From assembly GCF_009914755.1 (NCBI RefSeq), contig NC_060937.1: DNA of 64,000 bases, one strand, 5' to 3'. How positions within the stretch are numbered: the stretch's first letter is position 1; each line of letters opens with the position of its first letter. Shown here in pieces: positions 1-12,384 of the stretch. A program made the position numbers and the translations under genes. This DNA is from the human T2T-CHM13v2.0 reference genome, Homo sapiens. The notes beneath the pieces are model-generated. The model worked only from the letters and a program-made list of their open reading frames with translations, ran no database searches and was not told where the DNA came from.

Positions 1-1050
1 CAGGTTTAGATCTTGAAAAAATAGATATTTGAAAGGTATAATATTTTAGAATTCATGTAATTCCTTTTGAGGACAGCATCTTTGGATTACAAAGAGTGTC
101 CTGCCATTGCAGGCAGCCGACTTCTTAAGTCTAATTTGATGTCTCATGCACGCAAATAACCTTTCTTATCAAATCCACTCATCAAAGGCGGTGATTATAA
201 AATAAAATATTCCAAACTAGCATGCAATGTGCTATAAAGAGTTATGATACAAAGCTTTAGAATTTCTGATTTCCCTTACCAAATGTCTGACTAGATCCTT
301 AACCATCTGAGCATATTTTTTTCTCATGTGTAATGTATAAGAAAATTAAATTAGATTAAGAGCTATTTTGGCTGAAAATGTATATAATCCTGCCTTTAAA
401 AACAGTTGTATTATTAAATCTATCTAATTATTTTAATATATTTTAAGCAAGTTATTCATTCTAACAGTAAGAACTCTATTATTTTGATACCTGAACAGTA
501 TCAAACCATCCAAAACATTTAGCATAATCTTTCTCAGAGGAGTGAATAAAGTTCAGATACTTTTTGACAATTTATTAGTTCTATTTATAAATACACCTCA
601 CTTGCAACACGTGGAGCTGCAAATTTTTGCATTTAATATCATAAGGTTGTGATTATAGATTTATATGGGAATCCTTAATGGACTCACCTAGTAGAAATTC
701 TCTGGCAGCAGAGACAACCACAGAGACCCTCTGCTGGGTCAATTAATACAAGTGTTCTTCTAATGAGCCAAGAGGTATTTAGAAGCTCAGGGATCAATTA
801 ATTTGTAAGTCAATAAACAATTTAGGAAAGTAAGTAGAGAATTAAAATGGACAATATTTTTTTAGAATACTAGTCATATTAATATGACCTTAAAAATTAT
901 TTTTATGCAATGCTTGAAACTCTCACTAATGGCATTTGCAGTCAGGGAAACTGAGTCAATAAAAAGTCTAGTGAAATAAAAGTCATCTTTGTCTTCTATT
1001 TCAATTTCTGAAAAATAGAAATTTGTACACTTGAACTTTCAATAACTTAC

Positions 1051-1553
1051 TGTGAACTGAGACCTCAAGGAGTCCCATAGTTTAATAACGAGGACCAAGA
1101 ATCAGGGTCTTCTGCATCAACCTGACTTTACTATCTGTTTCACAAATATTTGCTCAGGAAGATAAAGCTGTAAGTCAGTAAATAACTTCATGGTTGGCTT
1201 CAGGAGCTTTCCCCAAACCAACAGATTGCTCAAACAGCACCCCTCTCAGCAAATTGCTCTTTTATAGAACAAATGTTTATTTATCAATATTTGCTTCAAG
1301 ACCCTCACCTCTAGGAGTCCACTAATCCTAAATCACAAAATCAGGACCTTGGGCCAATCCTCCTAAGGTCCCTATAGGGAAAGATTTATCTTAAATAACT
1401 TGAGTCCAGACCTCAAAAAGCCCACAAATATCCATTCCTAGGCCCTCCCTTCTGAAAATTACTGAAAGTCATCTTCTTGTGATCTTCCTTACTGGAAGCA
1501 ATAAACTGAGCTTTGCTTGATCAACAGGTTACTCTCGGTAGTTGCTCAAGACA
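1051..1553 (+). mobile_element. Old solo LTR, probably MER21-group (MER68/MER77-like)
   Basis: TG start, CA end, about 500 bp. AATAAA at 1500-1505 is followed by CTGAGCTTTGCTTGATCAACAGGTT, which resembles MER21-group LTR 3' ends. No clear TSD. Confidence 0.55.
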
Positions 1554-1679
1554 ACCTTCATATCTCCTCCGTGTGACTAAATTTCAGACAAGTTTCTTGA
1601 TTCCAGGACTCTTTTTTTTAAAATAATTTTTAAGAGCATTTATTTTAGGATTGATTAGGGCAGGAGGCTTTAGAAAACC

Positions 1680-2107
1680 TGTAACTAATTTTTTTTCCTG
1701 CCGCTTAAAGGTGTATGTCTTCTTCCAACCTGCTGCCAGGTTTTCAACCCAGGAATGTCTTTCTCAAGGACCTACAAGCCATTCCTTCGAAAAGTAATCA
1801 TCAAAGAAGATAGAACTTCTATCTCCCAGTCCTTATAGGAGGGTAGAAGCCTAACTTCAGCAGATGCCTTGCTTCAAAGTATAAATGCCTCCTGTCACAG
1901 AAAGTGTATGATTTCTCCACAGAAGGTTAGTACACTCAGACAACCTACCATCCTGCTCCCTGCTCTCTGCGTTTAAAACTCTCCAGCCCTTTGTCTTAGC
2001 AGAGTTAAGCTCCTAGTTGGGTTTAGTCTGTCTAACTCTTATTGCAGTAACCTTAAATGAAGCCATTCTTGCTGTATAACTTTTCTGGTGCAATTTTTGC
2101 TTCATCA
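1680..2107 (+). mobile_element. ERV1 MER4-group solo LTR (MER31/MER67-like)
   Basis: TG...CA ends. Internal AGGAATGTCTTTCTCAAGGACC...ATCTCCCAGTC...GAGGGTAGAAGCCTAACTTC and terminal CTGGTGCAATTTTTGCTTCA resemble MER4-group LTRs. Confidence 0.6.
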
Positions 2108-4099
2108 TGATCCTTCAGGGAGTTGGCAGTCAACACTCATTTTCTCACATAAGAAATGTGCATTTTTGATGTGAACAGAGTATTTGCAAAACTCAAAATA
2201 CTTGTTGAAATGAATGTTGAGATTCCTAAATGTAATTTTTATTTCTAGTTGGACCTTATCTTTTTCTCAGAGAATTCAACAAAATCTAATCATGTAATTT
2301 GGTTAGTTAACATTTTAAAACGATTCAAAACAAAAATACCTAGAAAATAAAATTTACAAATAAAATATAACATATCAAACAAGAAAAAAAGTCAGTGTTG
2401 AATATTTTTAAATACCAGAGGCTGTTCTTTGCATTAATTTACTATTTACAAAAACACTATGGGGTTGGTGAAGTTACTATTTTCATAGTACAGATTTTTC
2501 GGAAAGTCAAAACAAAAACAAAGTGGACATAGAACTTACTCAATGTCACCTAAAAGAGTTCAACAAAGAGAGTCTGGTTCCATTCTGTGTTTAAACCACT
2601 GTGCTGTACTTAATCGCTGGTAGGGATAAATGCTTATATTTGTTTTTATAATTTTTTTTTGCATAACTAGGAAAATTAAAGAAACAGCCTTTTTTGATTT
2701 TCACTAAAACCTCGGATTTGTGCCACTTCAACACAAAAAGTCACTATTATGTAACGTATTACAGAGTTTTATTGTGTTAAAAATACATATTTGAGAAATA
2801 TGTGGAATGTTTAGAAAGAAATGTGCTTGTTCCAGATCCTAAAATAAAATAATTTCTGACTTTCCATGAAAGTAACAGTTCAAAAGTATCTTCAGGGTTT
2901 CATCATGCAGAGCACCTGGCAAACCAGGAGAATTAAAAATTCTTCACATCAAAGTTGCTTTTTAATTCAAATGAATGCAGAGTGCCAAAGGAATGACTTA
3001 CACTGTCAGTACCAACCTTCCTTAGAAGATGCCCTTAAAGTCAGTCCATTAAACCAGATGAGAGGCAGCTGCTGCATGTTCTGATCCCACTGTCCTCTCT
3101 CCCTGCCCAGACACTCTAGTTTTTCAAAGTTTTTCCTGAACATTGGAAACATCTGCATTGGCAGTGCAAAGCCCTCAAGAGAGCTATCAGGGTCTGACTT
3201 CTGGGAATTTTGAAACTCCTGGCATCATAACTATTACCCTCTTATGATCATTTTGCTCCATAGTATCTCTTTGTTTTACTTTTACAATGATGTTAAAAAT
3301 GCCAATCTTATATTCATCTCCTATATTTTAAAATATTTTTATTTCTGTTACATATCTATCAAAGAAGACTGATTCTCATTCTGCTCTAACTCCTCCACAA
3401 CAACTTTTTTAATATATAACATTTGTTGCTGGCACATAACCTATATGTATCCACCTTCATAATTGTGACTTTCGTCCTTTGGAATTAGAATGGTTAAACA
3501 GTTAATTTCTAAACAATTAAAGTACTAGATGAAATTTTAAGGGAGATTTGCTCTTGGAAAAAAAAATGTTAAGGAGGAGGAGCTAATGTCTTTTGTCTAA
3601 TTACATGCACCACCAATTAATATCCAGACTTTCAAGGAAGATATTATGCTCCTATAGTTTTAGCCTATTGTAAAACAATATTTGAGACCCATGAAATGTA
3701 TGACAGACATATTAGAAATTTGCCTGTATAACTTTTTAAAAATTTAAGTAGATTATATTTCAAGAACTCCAGAGGAAATTAATATAGAAGAAATGGCTTT
3801 TTTTTGAAAGTCACACACAGTTACTTCCATTCAGTTTCTCTCTCTGCAATTTTTACCTTCATGAAAAGTGGCTGCAATACCAAGAAGGAGATTGACACTA
3901 CGAAGATGGGTCATTTAAGTAATTTCTGGCTTGATATAGGAAAGGGAAAAATATGTTTCAAAGGATCCAATTTCAAAAAATAACCTAAAATACTAATCAG
4001 TAGAGGGGATCACTTACTCATGATTTGGAGACAAAAACTTTAAAGCCAAATTTAGTTATTAAAATCTAACATTTTTAAGCACCGTTTCTGCTAGTATTA

Positions 4100-4220
4100 A
4101 ACCCATTTTATAGTTGAGGCCAGATGAGGGCCTCCAGTAAATGTACCAAGAACACACAGCTAATGAGTGGAGGAGCTGAATTGTGAAACTTGGCACAATG
4201 ACTTCAGAGACCCCTTTTAA
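4100..4220 (-). mobile_element. MIR fragment
   Basis: CCCATTTTATAGTTGAGG...CCAAGAACACACAGCTAATGAGTGGAGGAGCTG matches the antisense MIR core. Confidence 0.6.
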
Positions 4221-4403
4221 TAGTAAAACATGTAGTGCCTTTCAGGTGGTTAAGCTTACTCATTAGCTTACTCACTAACTTCTTCATTTATTAAGTCATT
4301 ATCTGAGTAATTCTAGCATATCTGCCTTGGAATATTTTGACTCAAATTGATTCTTCAGTAAAATTCCAAATTGCTACATGTCTTGGATGTTTCAAGTCTC
4401 TAA

Positions 4404-4625
4404 CAGGGGTGTCCAATCTTGTGGCTTCCCTGGGCCACAGTGAAAGAAGAATTGTCTTGGGCCACACATAAAATATACTAACACTAATGACAGCTGATGA
4501 GTTAAAAACAAAATCCCCCCAAAAAGTCTCATAATGTTTTAGAAAGTTTACAAATTTGTGTTGGGCCTCATTCAAATCTGTCCTGGGATACATGCGGCCC
4601 ACGGGCCGTGGGTTGGACAAGCTTA
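4404..4625 (+). mobile_element. MER30 (hAT-Charlie non-autonomous DNA transposon), near full length
   Basis: Starts CAGGGGTGTCCAATCTT, ends GGTTGGACAAGCTTA, with the typical internal GAATTGTCTTGGGCCACACATAAAATA. Confidence 0.9.
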
Positions 4626-5489
4626 CTATAGAACATTTAAATCTGTTTATACTAAAGAACTGTTTTATTTTTTATTCTAGTCTAAAATGAAACATTGTAG
4701 AACACAGATAAAGTTATATGAGATAAGGAAAGTCTAAAGCTCGAATGAAGCAATAATATTTGCTAAAAATAGTATTTCGACTAAATCTCTAATTTTAAAC
4801 AAAACATACTGATGAAGGCTTTCTCATATCATTTGGCTAATACTTCTACGAAACCCACTAAAATCTTTAAAAATATTCCAAAGTAAAACAAACTGGGTTG
4901 AAAAAAAAAACTTTGATCGTTTGATAACTGAAATAACCCAGGACTTTATTGAACAAGATCAAGATTTGAATACGTTAGCCCTTTTGACAATCTGAAGAGG
5001 TTTTGAGGCAGCCCTGGCTTTTTGAGGATGAAGATTTTTCTCTTTTACTAATTACTTTTAAACTGCTTTGACAAACATATTACCACTGGATTGATTGCTG
5101 AGAGCTTAATTAGTGCAATTAAAGAGCAGTTCTATCATAATGTCATTGAGATCAAGATGATGCTGCTGAAAGATTCCATATCATGAAAAATCTCCCTGAG
5201 ACTGAAAACTGCCCATCCCTAAAATGCCGAATAAATGACATACTATCTTGAAACAGTTTGCTAACGATACATCTTGTCACAATAATATATCTCAAGTGAC
5301 TTAATAGTCTAAAATTCTTTCCTACAGCCCTTTCAAACTCAAATGAAAAAAGTTAATTTCTTTGCTATTAAAAATAAGTTATTATAAAAGCAATTAAACT
5401 AAAATCAATTGTTTACTACTCTCCAAAGCATGTAAACAGGTACTGAACTTGACTTTTTATAGTTGAGTTTGTTAGTGAGTTAAAAACGA

Positions 5490-5800
5490 TCTATTAATCA
5501 CCTACTTGATGGAAGGTACTGCTCTCAGAGGACAAAGGATGAAAAGACACAATGCTTTCTGCCCGAGAATCTCCTGGTGAAGCAGGATAAGTGAAAATCC
5601 AAGGGGGAGGAGTGTGTGAAGTGTTATGAGGGCTTCAAGGGTGAAGTGGGTGCATCTAATTAACGGCATAAGCAACACTTCTTGGAAAAGGTGATATTTG
5701 AAGGGCCCCTAGAGGACAGGAAGTTTTTGAGAGGAGTCCTCTGCTCCAATATACTGTAGTCTTTAAGTGTTTTTACCGGATCAAGGCATAGAAATATCAT
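5490..5800 (-). mobile_element. L2 fragment
   Basis: Degenerate antisense L2 3' region (TATTAATCACCTACTTG...GGTACTGCTC...AAAAGACACAATGC). Confidence 0.45.
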
Positions 5801-5895
5801 AAGCTTTAGTAGAAGTAGAGGAAGTTGACTTAACTAATGAGGGAAATATTCTTTTATCCTTAATTCTGCCATTTGCATGACATTGATTATCTTAG

Positions 5896-6321
5896 TGTGA
5901 TGGTTAAGTTTATGTGTCAACTTGGCTAAGCCATGGTACCCAGAGAGTTGGTCAAACACCTATCTAGATGTCACTGTGAAAGTATTTTTTTTAATGAGAT
6001 TAACATTTAAATCATGGACCTTGGGTAAAGCAGATCACCCTCCATAATACGAATGGGCCTCATCCAATCAGATAAAAGCTTTAAGAGAAAAGACTTATCT
6101 CTCCCGAGAAGAAGGAGCTCTGCCTCCAGATGGCCTTTGGATTTGAGCTGCAGCATCAGCTCTTTCCTGGGTCTCCAGCCGTGGCCTCCCCTGCAGATTG
6201 AGGACTTGCCCACCCTCACAGTGGTATGAGCCAATTCTTTACAACAAATCTTTCTGTCTCTGTCCATGCACACACACACGTCCTATTGGTTATGTGTCTC
6301 CAGAGAACCTCGACTAATACA
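5896..6321 (+). mobile_element. MLT2 (MLT2D-like) ERVL solo LTR
   Basis: Starts TGTGATGGTTAAGTTTATGTGTCAACTTGGCT, ends GACTAATACA. Degenerate 5-bp TSD CTTAG/CCCAG. Confidence 0.9.
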
Positions 6322-6829
6322 CCCAGGGGCCTCGCTGAGGATGTTACTCCTCAATGAAAAGCAATTTATAATATGCTTCCATATCGACAGCAAAGGAGAA
6401 AACTCAGATATAGTTTGGTGAGCATTGGAATTAAAAACAAGGGAAGAAAGGGAGAAACTGCAATAACTGCTATTTTAAGAAATGTAGAAAGGCACATTCT
6501 GCAGAACACATGAGAAATAAACATAGCTTTCAGCAATATAATAAAAATAGCCCATTAAATTAATTTTCAGCAATAGCATGGGAAATGGTCTTGAATAGTT
6601 GTCCTGGGTAAACAGAAATATATTTTGGCCTGGCTCAGGATGAGAAATGGATAGAGGTCATACACAGAAGGGAAACTGTGAGGCTTTGACAGTCAAGGAG
6701 AAGAATATGAGAAAACGCAGTCCCAAAGCAGTTCCCTAGCCATACTGGCAACGTGCACTATGAATAATAAATTTTAATATGTAAATCACAAGCTACTTCT
6801 TCCCCTTCTCAATTAACACTCTGTCATCC

Positions 6830-7117
6830 TCCTGGCCTCAGCCCCATGTAACTCTCCCAGAGAGGCCTTCCTCAACTCCATGCCAAACGTAAGCTGTCTA
6901 AATGCCCTCCCAGAATGACGCAGCCCTGGTAGTACTTAGGGGTGTTGGAGTTTTACGTTTATTGGTGGGATTATCTGATTGATGTCTACCTCCCAAATAC
7001 CTTGTGAGCTCCCGTATGTAAACACAATGCACTGATTATGTCTGTTTTTATTCACCTAGCATCATGCCTGCACATAGGAAGAAATCACTATCCATAAGCT
7101 AAATGAACAGATGAATT
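6830..7117 (+). mobile_element. L2 3' end
   Basis: CCCAGAGAGGCCTTCCT...TGTGAGCTCC...CCTAGCATCATGCCTGCACATAGG...AATGAACAGATGAAT. Confidence 0.65.
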
Positions 7118-9479
7118 AATATTGTATGACCAGCAAAATGAATGCTTTAAGCTAAGCTAGGTAAAGTGCATATAAATCTCATTAAAAGTCCCAAATTTCC
7201 GTGATTCAAAGACAACTTTATTCCTCATGTCTTATATCTGAAAACTAGAAGTATAATAAAGTCAATGGCTTGTCACATTTTAATTGTGTTCTTCTCTTTT
7301 GTAGTCTCAAAATTGACAGCACATTAGATTTGGTAAAATGAAATGTATGTTTGGTTTTCATATAATCAGATTTCCATCTATAATACTTATGATTTTAATA
7401 AATCTGATTTCTATATGTTACAGCAATCTATAAAGAGTATTTTTTATTTTTTAACCTGCATACAAAACTGTAGGCCTTTTGAGGAAGAGATCACTAGACA
7501 AAATAGACTTCAGATTATTTTAGAATAGGAATAATTTCTTAAACTGTATAATTTTGGTTCTAAGAGCTTTGAACCACTGACTCTTATTAGATGTGAATAA
7601 GATTTACAGAGAGAGGAATCAGAGCTTCAAGTTGGAATCTGAGATTTAATCTCTTACACTTGTGACATTACTATACTATAGCATTAAAACTAGTATTCAA
7701 AATGTCAGCAATCTGCATTAAATAAATTAATATAACATTAAATTTTAAATTAATAGCATTAAATATAAATGCTACATAAATATAATAGTTAAAAAAGCTT
7801 TAGAGATAAAGAATACTATTTTAAAGCAAATATATAAAATTTTGTAAGATTCACATAAAAATTCTAAGGAATAGTTACTATTGGTATTATTATCATAATT
7901 TTCACGATTTTGAAGATTAAATGTTTTATTCACCGTTTAACAGCAAGTAAATGGAAAAGTCAGCATTAAATGTAAATTTTCTAAATGTAAAGTCTTGTTC
8001 TTTGTCCACCAGATCACTATAGCACAGTACAGAAGGCCAAAAAAGAATGAGAAAGTCATCATTTATGATAGCTTATTAACAATAGGATGGTAATTGAAAT
8101 AAATAAAAAATATGCCCAATATTTCAATATATTGCAGTAATTCTAAAAAAAGTGAATTATCTATTTTTCCTGCATATTCTGTATTCAATATGAAATTGAA
8201 CTAGTTTTGTGTCCATTTTTGACTCTTTTGCTTTATAACACTTTCTGGCAAATTACTCTGGGGAATGGTCATGTTTTCAATCATGGGAACATATTAGATA
8301 TCTGAAACTGAAATTATTCTTTCATATTATGAAATCCCCATAAGGCTTTGACAAGGAGAACCAGTTTGGCAGGGGAAGAATATATGCTCTGAAGTGAGAG
8401 GGACTTTCTTCTTTTTTTCTTCTCCCTCCTCCAGCTTAAGTAAAGAACAATCAAGACTTTAACAGGGCTTTTTACCACCCATCTTTGGATTCCCAGTGCC
8501 ATCCAACACATATTGTTGAACGAATGACCATATGAATACATGTCCCCAATTCCTTGGTAGCTCTGAGTGCAATATAGTACACTTGGCATTATGCAAAGCA
8601 GAGAAAGATAAGGAGGAATAAAATCCAGAAGATATTCTGATATTTGTACAGAGTTCTACATGGTAGCATAAGGGTACCATGAAGTTCCTGAGAACATCTC
8701 CTTTTATGGACCACAGCAGGCAATACTTATTGTTTGAATCAGAACTCCAGGAACATATAAGCAGGGAAAGCCAGCAGAGAAACTCTAGTTCATAGACACG
8801 GTAATCCATTTTTTGCTGGAAAGCCTCTCAGAGAAATCCCTTTTGCAGAGTATTTGTCTTTAGGGTATTTCCAGTGGTCAAAGTACTTGAGCAGTGGAAC
8901 ACAATGGGATATCAAATTCTGCTTATGTTTATAACCTCACGGGACATGATAGCCTCATAAATGCTAGGTAACTCACATAAGGATTGAAAAGACCTGATTT
9001 TTCAGCAAACTTCCTAAACGTACAGCTATGACCTAAGTGTTATGAAGCAGGGCTGCACTTGTAACTCCCATCTTCCCAATGATGAAGGCTCCAGAGCTGC
9101 TGTGCATGTCTGTGATTGTTTTGGAGATGAAGACAGTGCCTTTCACAGTTGCCTCTCTTCGTGATTGCCAATTAGACTCTTTGGTGTCACTCACTTTAAT
9201 GATTGCTAATTAGTCACTTTACTGGCACTTCTGCTAGAGCCTCAGCAACCTCAATACTTGGATCCCATCAGTTCCTTTCCTGTTTCCCAGCATTCTAAAG
9301 TTTCAGACTTATGCAATGACATCAGTCCTCATGTTTTGTAAGGTGCTAAGCAGTTTTGCAGGCCACACATCTCAATGGACAGCAACACATTTTAAACAAG
9401 GACTCTACCTTCCACCACATCAATTATATCCATTCCCCACATCTCATTTACCATCAGATATTCAACAATATTATTGTAA

Positions 9480-10090
9480 GTAGGTTGGGAACTGAACTGC
9501 TTGGGAACAGGCAGAGGTCATGCCTCATTTATTTCTATATTTCTTGTACTCAGTAGAGAACGAAGTTTGCAGATCATTTTCAATAACTATTCATTGAAGG
9601 CAAAAATGAACATTTGCTCTACAAGAAATATAGATGCATCTGTACACAACTTCTTTAAGCAATTTTGCACTATGTTGCTACCTAAAATTTAACCAAAATC
9701 AAAAATCTTTTATGTACACTCAGGGTCTTTGTTTAGGTGGCTTTTCTCAGTTCCCTCAACTCTTCTGCAGGGTATAGAGGATGGCTTTGCACATGCAAAT
9801 GATCTCAGCCTTCCTCTCCATCACTTCTTTTCGTTAATTCTAAGATAATTACACTCTTGAGAAAACTTGCCCAGATCTCTAGATGAGGACAAGTTTTTCT
9901 GTTATATGTGCTCATGGCACTTAAAAGTCATATTTTTCCATACATTTGTGAAATTGTTTTATGTATATCTTCCTCCACCTCCCACCCTTCTAAATCCTAC
10001 AAGCCTACAAATTTTTACAATCCATTTTATCTCTAGAATCTAGTTCGGTTACAGGCATAAAGTTGAGTGCTCGAAATATTTATCAACGTT
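9480..10090 (+). mobile_element. Two degenerate L2 3'-end fragments
   Basis: L2-like ends near 9490-9600 and 9860-10090 (AGGCATAAAGTTGAGTGCTCGAAATATTTAT). Confidence 0.4.
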
Positions 10091-11511
10091 AACAAGGTTC
10101 GGTTTCCTCTTGGCCAAGATTGCACACACACAGGATATTCATCTGTCCTTACGGATCGGAACAGAGCTAAGCTGATTGGACACTATGGGCTTTTTCTCCA
10201 GGACCTGGGTCGATATGTACCAGACTCATCTCATAATAATTAACTGGTGAAGAAAAAAGACCTTCACTTTTTAGCTGAAAGGAATTCTTAGGGGAAAGAT
10301 CATAGAAAGAGTTGCCGGCAGGTGAACAGGGAAAGCAAGATCTGAAAAATCTAGGAAGAAGGAGCTTTTGTATTAAACCATGGCCCAAATCTCCCTCTTT
10401 TCCGGATCCCCACATCTCTGAGGCTACAGAGCAGGTCTGGATATCAGGGGACAGAGATGCTAGACGCCCTCTTACGTTAGTGCTGTGTCCTGGGCTGCAG
10501 TAGGTGAACCTTGCTGCTCTCACATGGGATGTGGGAAGAGCCAGCCAAAGACTGGCAGAAAATGGAGGCACACAAGGTGACAAAAGGAGGTTTCAGTTTT
10601 AATTTCTTACATCTTCTTTCCAATCTCATTTTTCCTGAGAAAGAAGCACAAAAATGAGTGTGACCTCTCTTTGCTTCTCCTCATTCCCTTCTTTTCATAT
10701 AATATTTCAACTCCCTGCTTTTGGATATTGAAGGGAGTTCATTTTTTAACATGATTCATGGAGGTAAACTTTTTTTGAGAAATAGTAGTATTTCAGAATA
10801 TTTTCTTAATATATTCCATACAAAGACTTCACTAAGAGTCTACAAAGAGTTATCAGTCCATAAAGATTCTGAAACCTACTTTTAGTAAGGCCTCTAGCAA
10901 CTTGTAAACAGAGAGACCTCATTATACATAAAGTAGAACATGATATAGTTATAGACACGAATTCCTCCGTGCAGCTTCTGTCTGTGTGTCCCCAGATGAC
11001 TCCCATCATTTGATGAGTTCCAGACCACCCGTGGGTGAGGAGCATCATCTACCACCTACTCCCACACACATCATGACATGTTTGCCACAACACATACAAT
11101 GTCTTATTTTTAAGAACATGGACATTGAATTCTAGATGGACAATATTAATATTTGAAAATTATCTGGAGTAACTAAGAATGGGCAAAGCACTGGTAATTT
11201 TCACTCGCAATCCCACAGAGATACCACTTGGCAAACAACTTTCCAAGTGTCAGGGCATATCTTATTCTTCTGGATGATGAATATATTGTTGATAAGGTAC
11301 TTACAAATAAATAGAAGACTTTTGTTTTAAAAAATGGGGATTTATAACCAACAGTTTGAAAACTTTGATTACTTAAAATACATTAGGGTGTGCACCACAC
11401 AGTTATGCCATGCACAAGACCTGTGGAGTGGACATGTGTATCCACTGGGTGATAAACACTGTGCAAGATTTTGTTATTTACCTACAAGAAACAAATTTTA
11501 AAAAGAGTGCC

Positions 11512-12384
11512 TATGTTGAACCAACCTTGGATTCCGCAGATGAAGCCTACTTGATCATGGTGCATAAGCTTTTGGATATGCTGCTGGATTCAGTTTGCTA
11601 GTGTTTTTTTGAGGATTTTTGCATTAATTTTGATCAAGGATATTGGCCTGAAGTTTTCTTTTTTTGTTGTGCCCCTGCCAGGTTTTGGTATCAGGATGAT
11701 GCTGGCCTTATAGAATGGGTTAGGGCGGACTCCCTTTTTTCCCATTTTTTGGAATAGTTTCAGTAGGAATTGTACTGGCTCTTTGTACATCTGGCAGAAT
11801 TCAGCTGTGAATTTGTCTGGTCCTGGGCTTTTCTTGGTGGTAGGCTATCACTGCCTCAATTTCAGAACTCATTATTGGTCTGTCCAGGGTTTTAATTTCT
11901 TTCTAGTCCAGTCTTGAGAGTGTATGTATCTAAGAATCTATCAAATTCTTATAGATTTTCTAGTTTATATGCATAGAGATGTTTATAATACTCTCTGATG
12001 GTTGTTTGTATTTCTGTGGGGTCAGCTGTAATATCCCCCTTATCATTTCTGATGGTGTTTATTTGAATCTTCTTTCTTTTCTTATTAGTATAGCTAGTGG
12101 TCTATTATTTTATTAACTTTTTTTTCAAAAAAAAGAACACCTCCTGAATTCATTGATCTTTTGAATGTTTTTTTCCTGTCTCTATCTCCTTCAGTTCAGC
12201 TCTGATTTTGGTTATTTCTTGTCTTCTGCTAGCTTTCGGATTTGTTTGCTCTTGGTTCTCTAGTTCTTTTAGTTGTGATGTTAGGTTATTAACTTGAGAT
12301 CTTCCTAACTTTTTGATGTGGGCATTAATGCTATACATCTCCCCCTTAATACTGTCTTAGCTGTGTTCCAGAGATTCTGGATGT
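11512..12384 (-). mobile_element. Inverted 5' segment of an L1PA13-16-like element (ORF2 region upstream of RT)
   Basis: Antisense L1 ORF2. Minus-strand ORFs give ORF2 peptides [24 protein letters not shown] and [23 protein letters not shown]. Confidence 0.93.

Noticed and set aside
4342-4620. 92-aa ORF
   Set aside because: Antisense read-through of MER30.
7675-7800. Recurring (TA)GCATTAAA words and a short hairpin
   Set aside because: AT-rich low-complexity sequence with irregular spacing; not an array.
10152-10583. 138-aa minus-strand ORF and a possible minus-strand exon (about 10341-10152)
   Set aside because: No recognisable domain, non-ATG start, only moderate splice signals and no partner exons.
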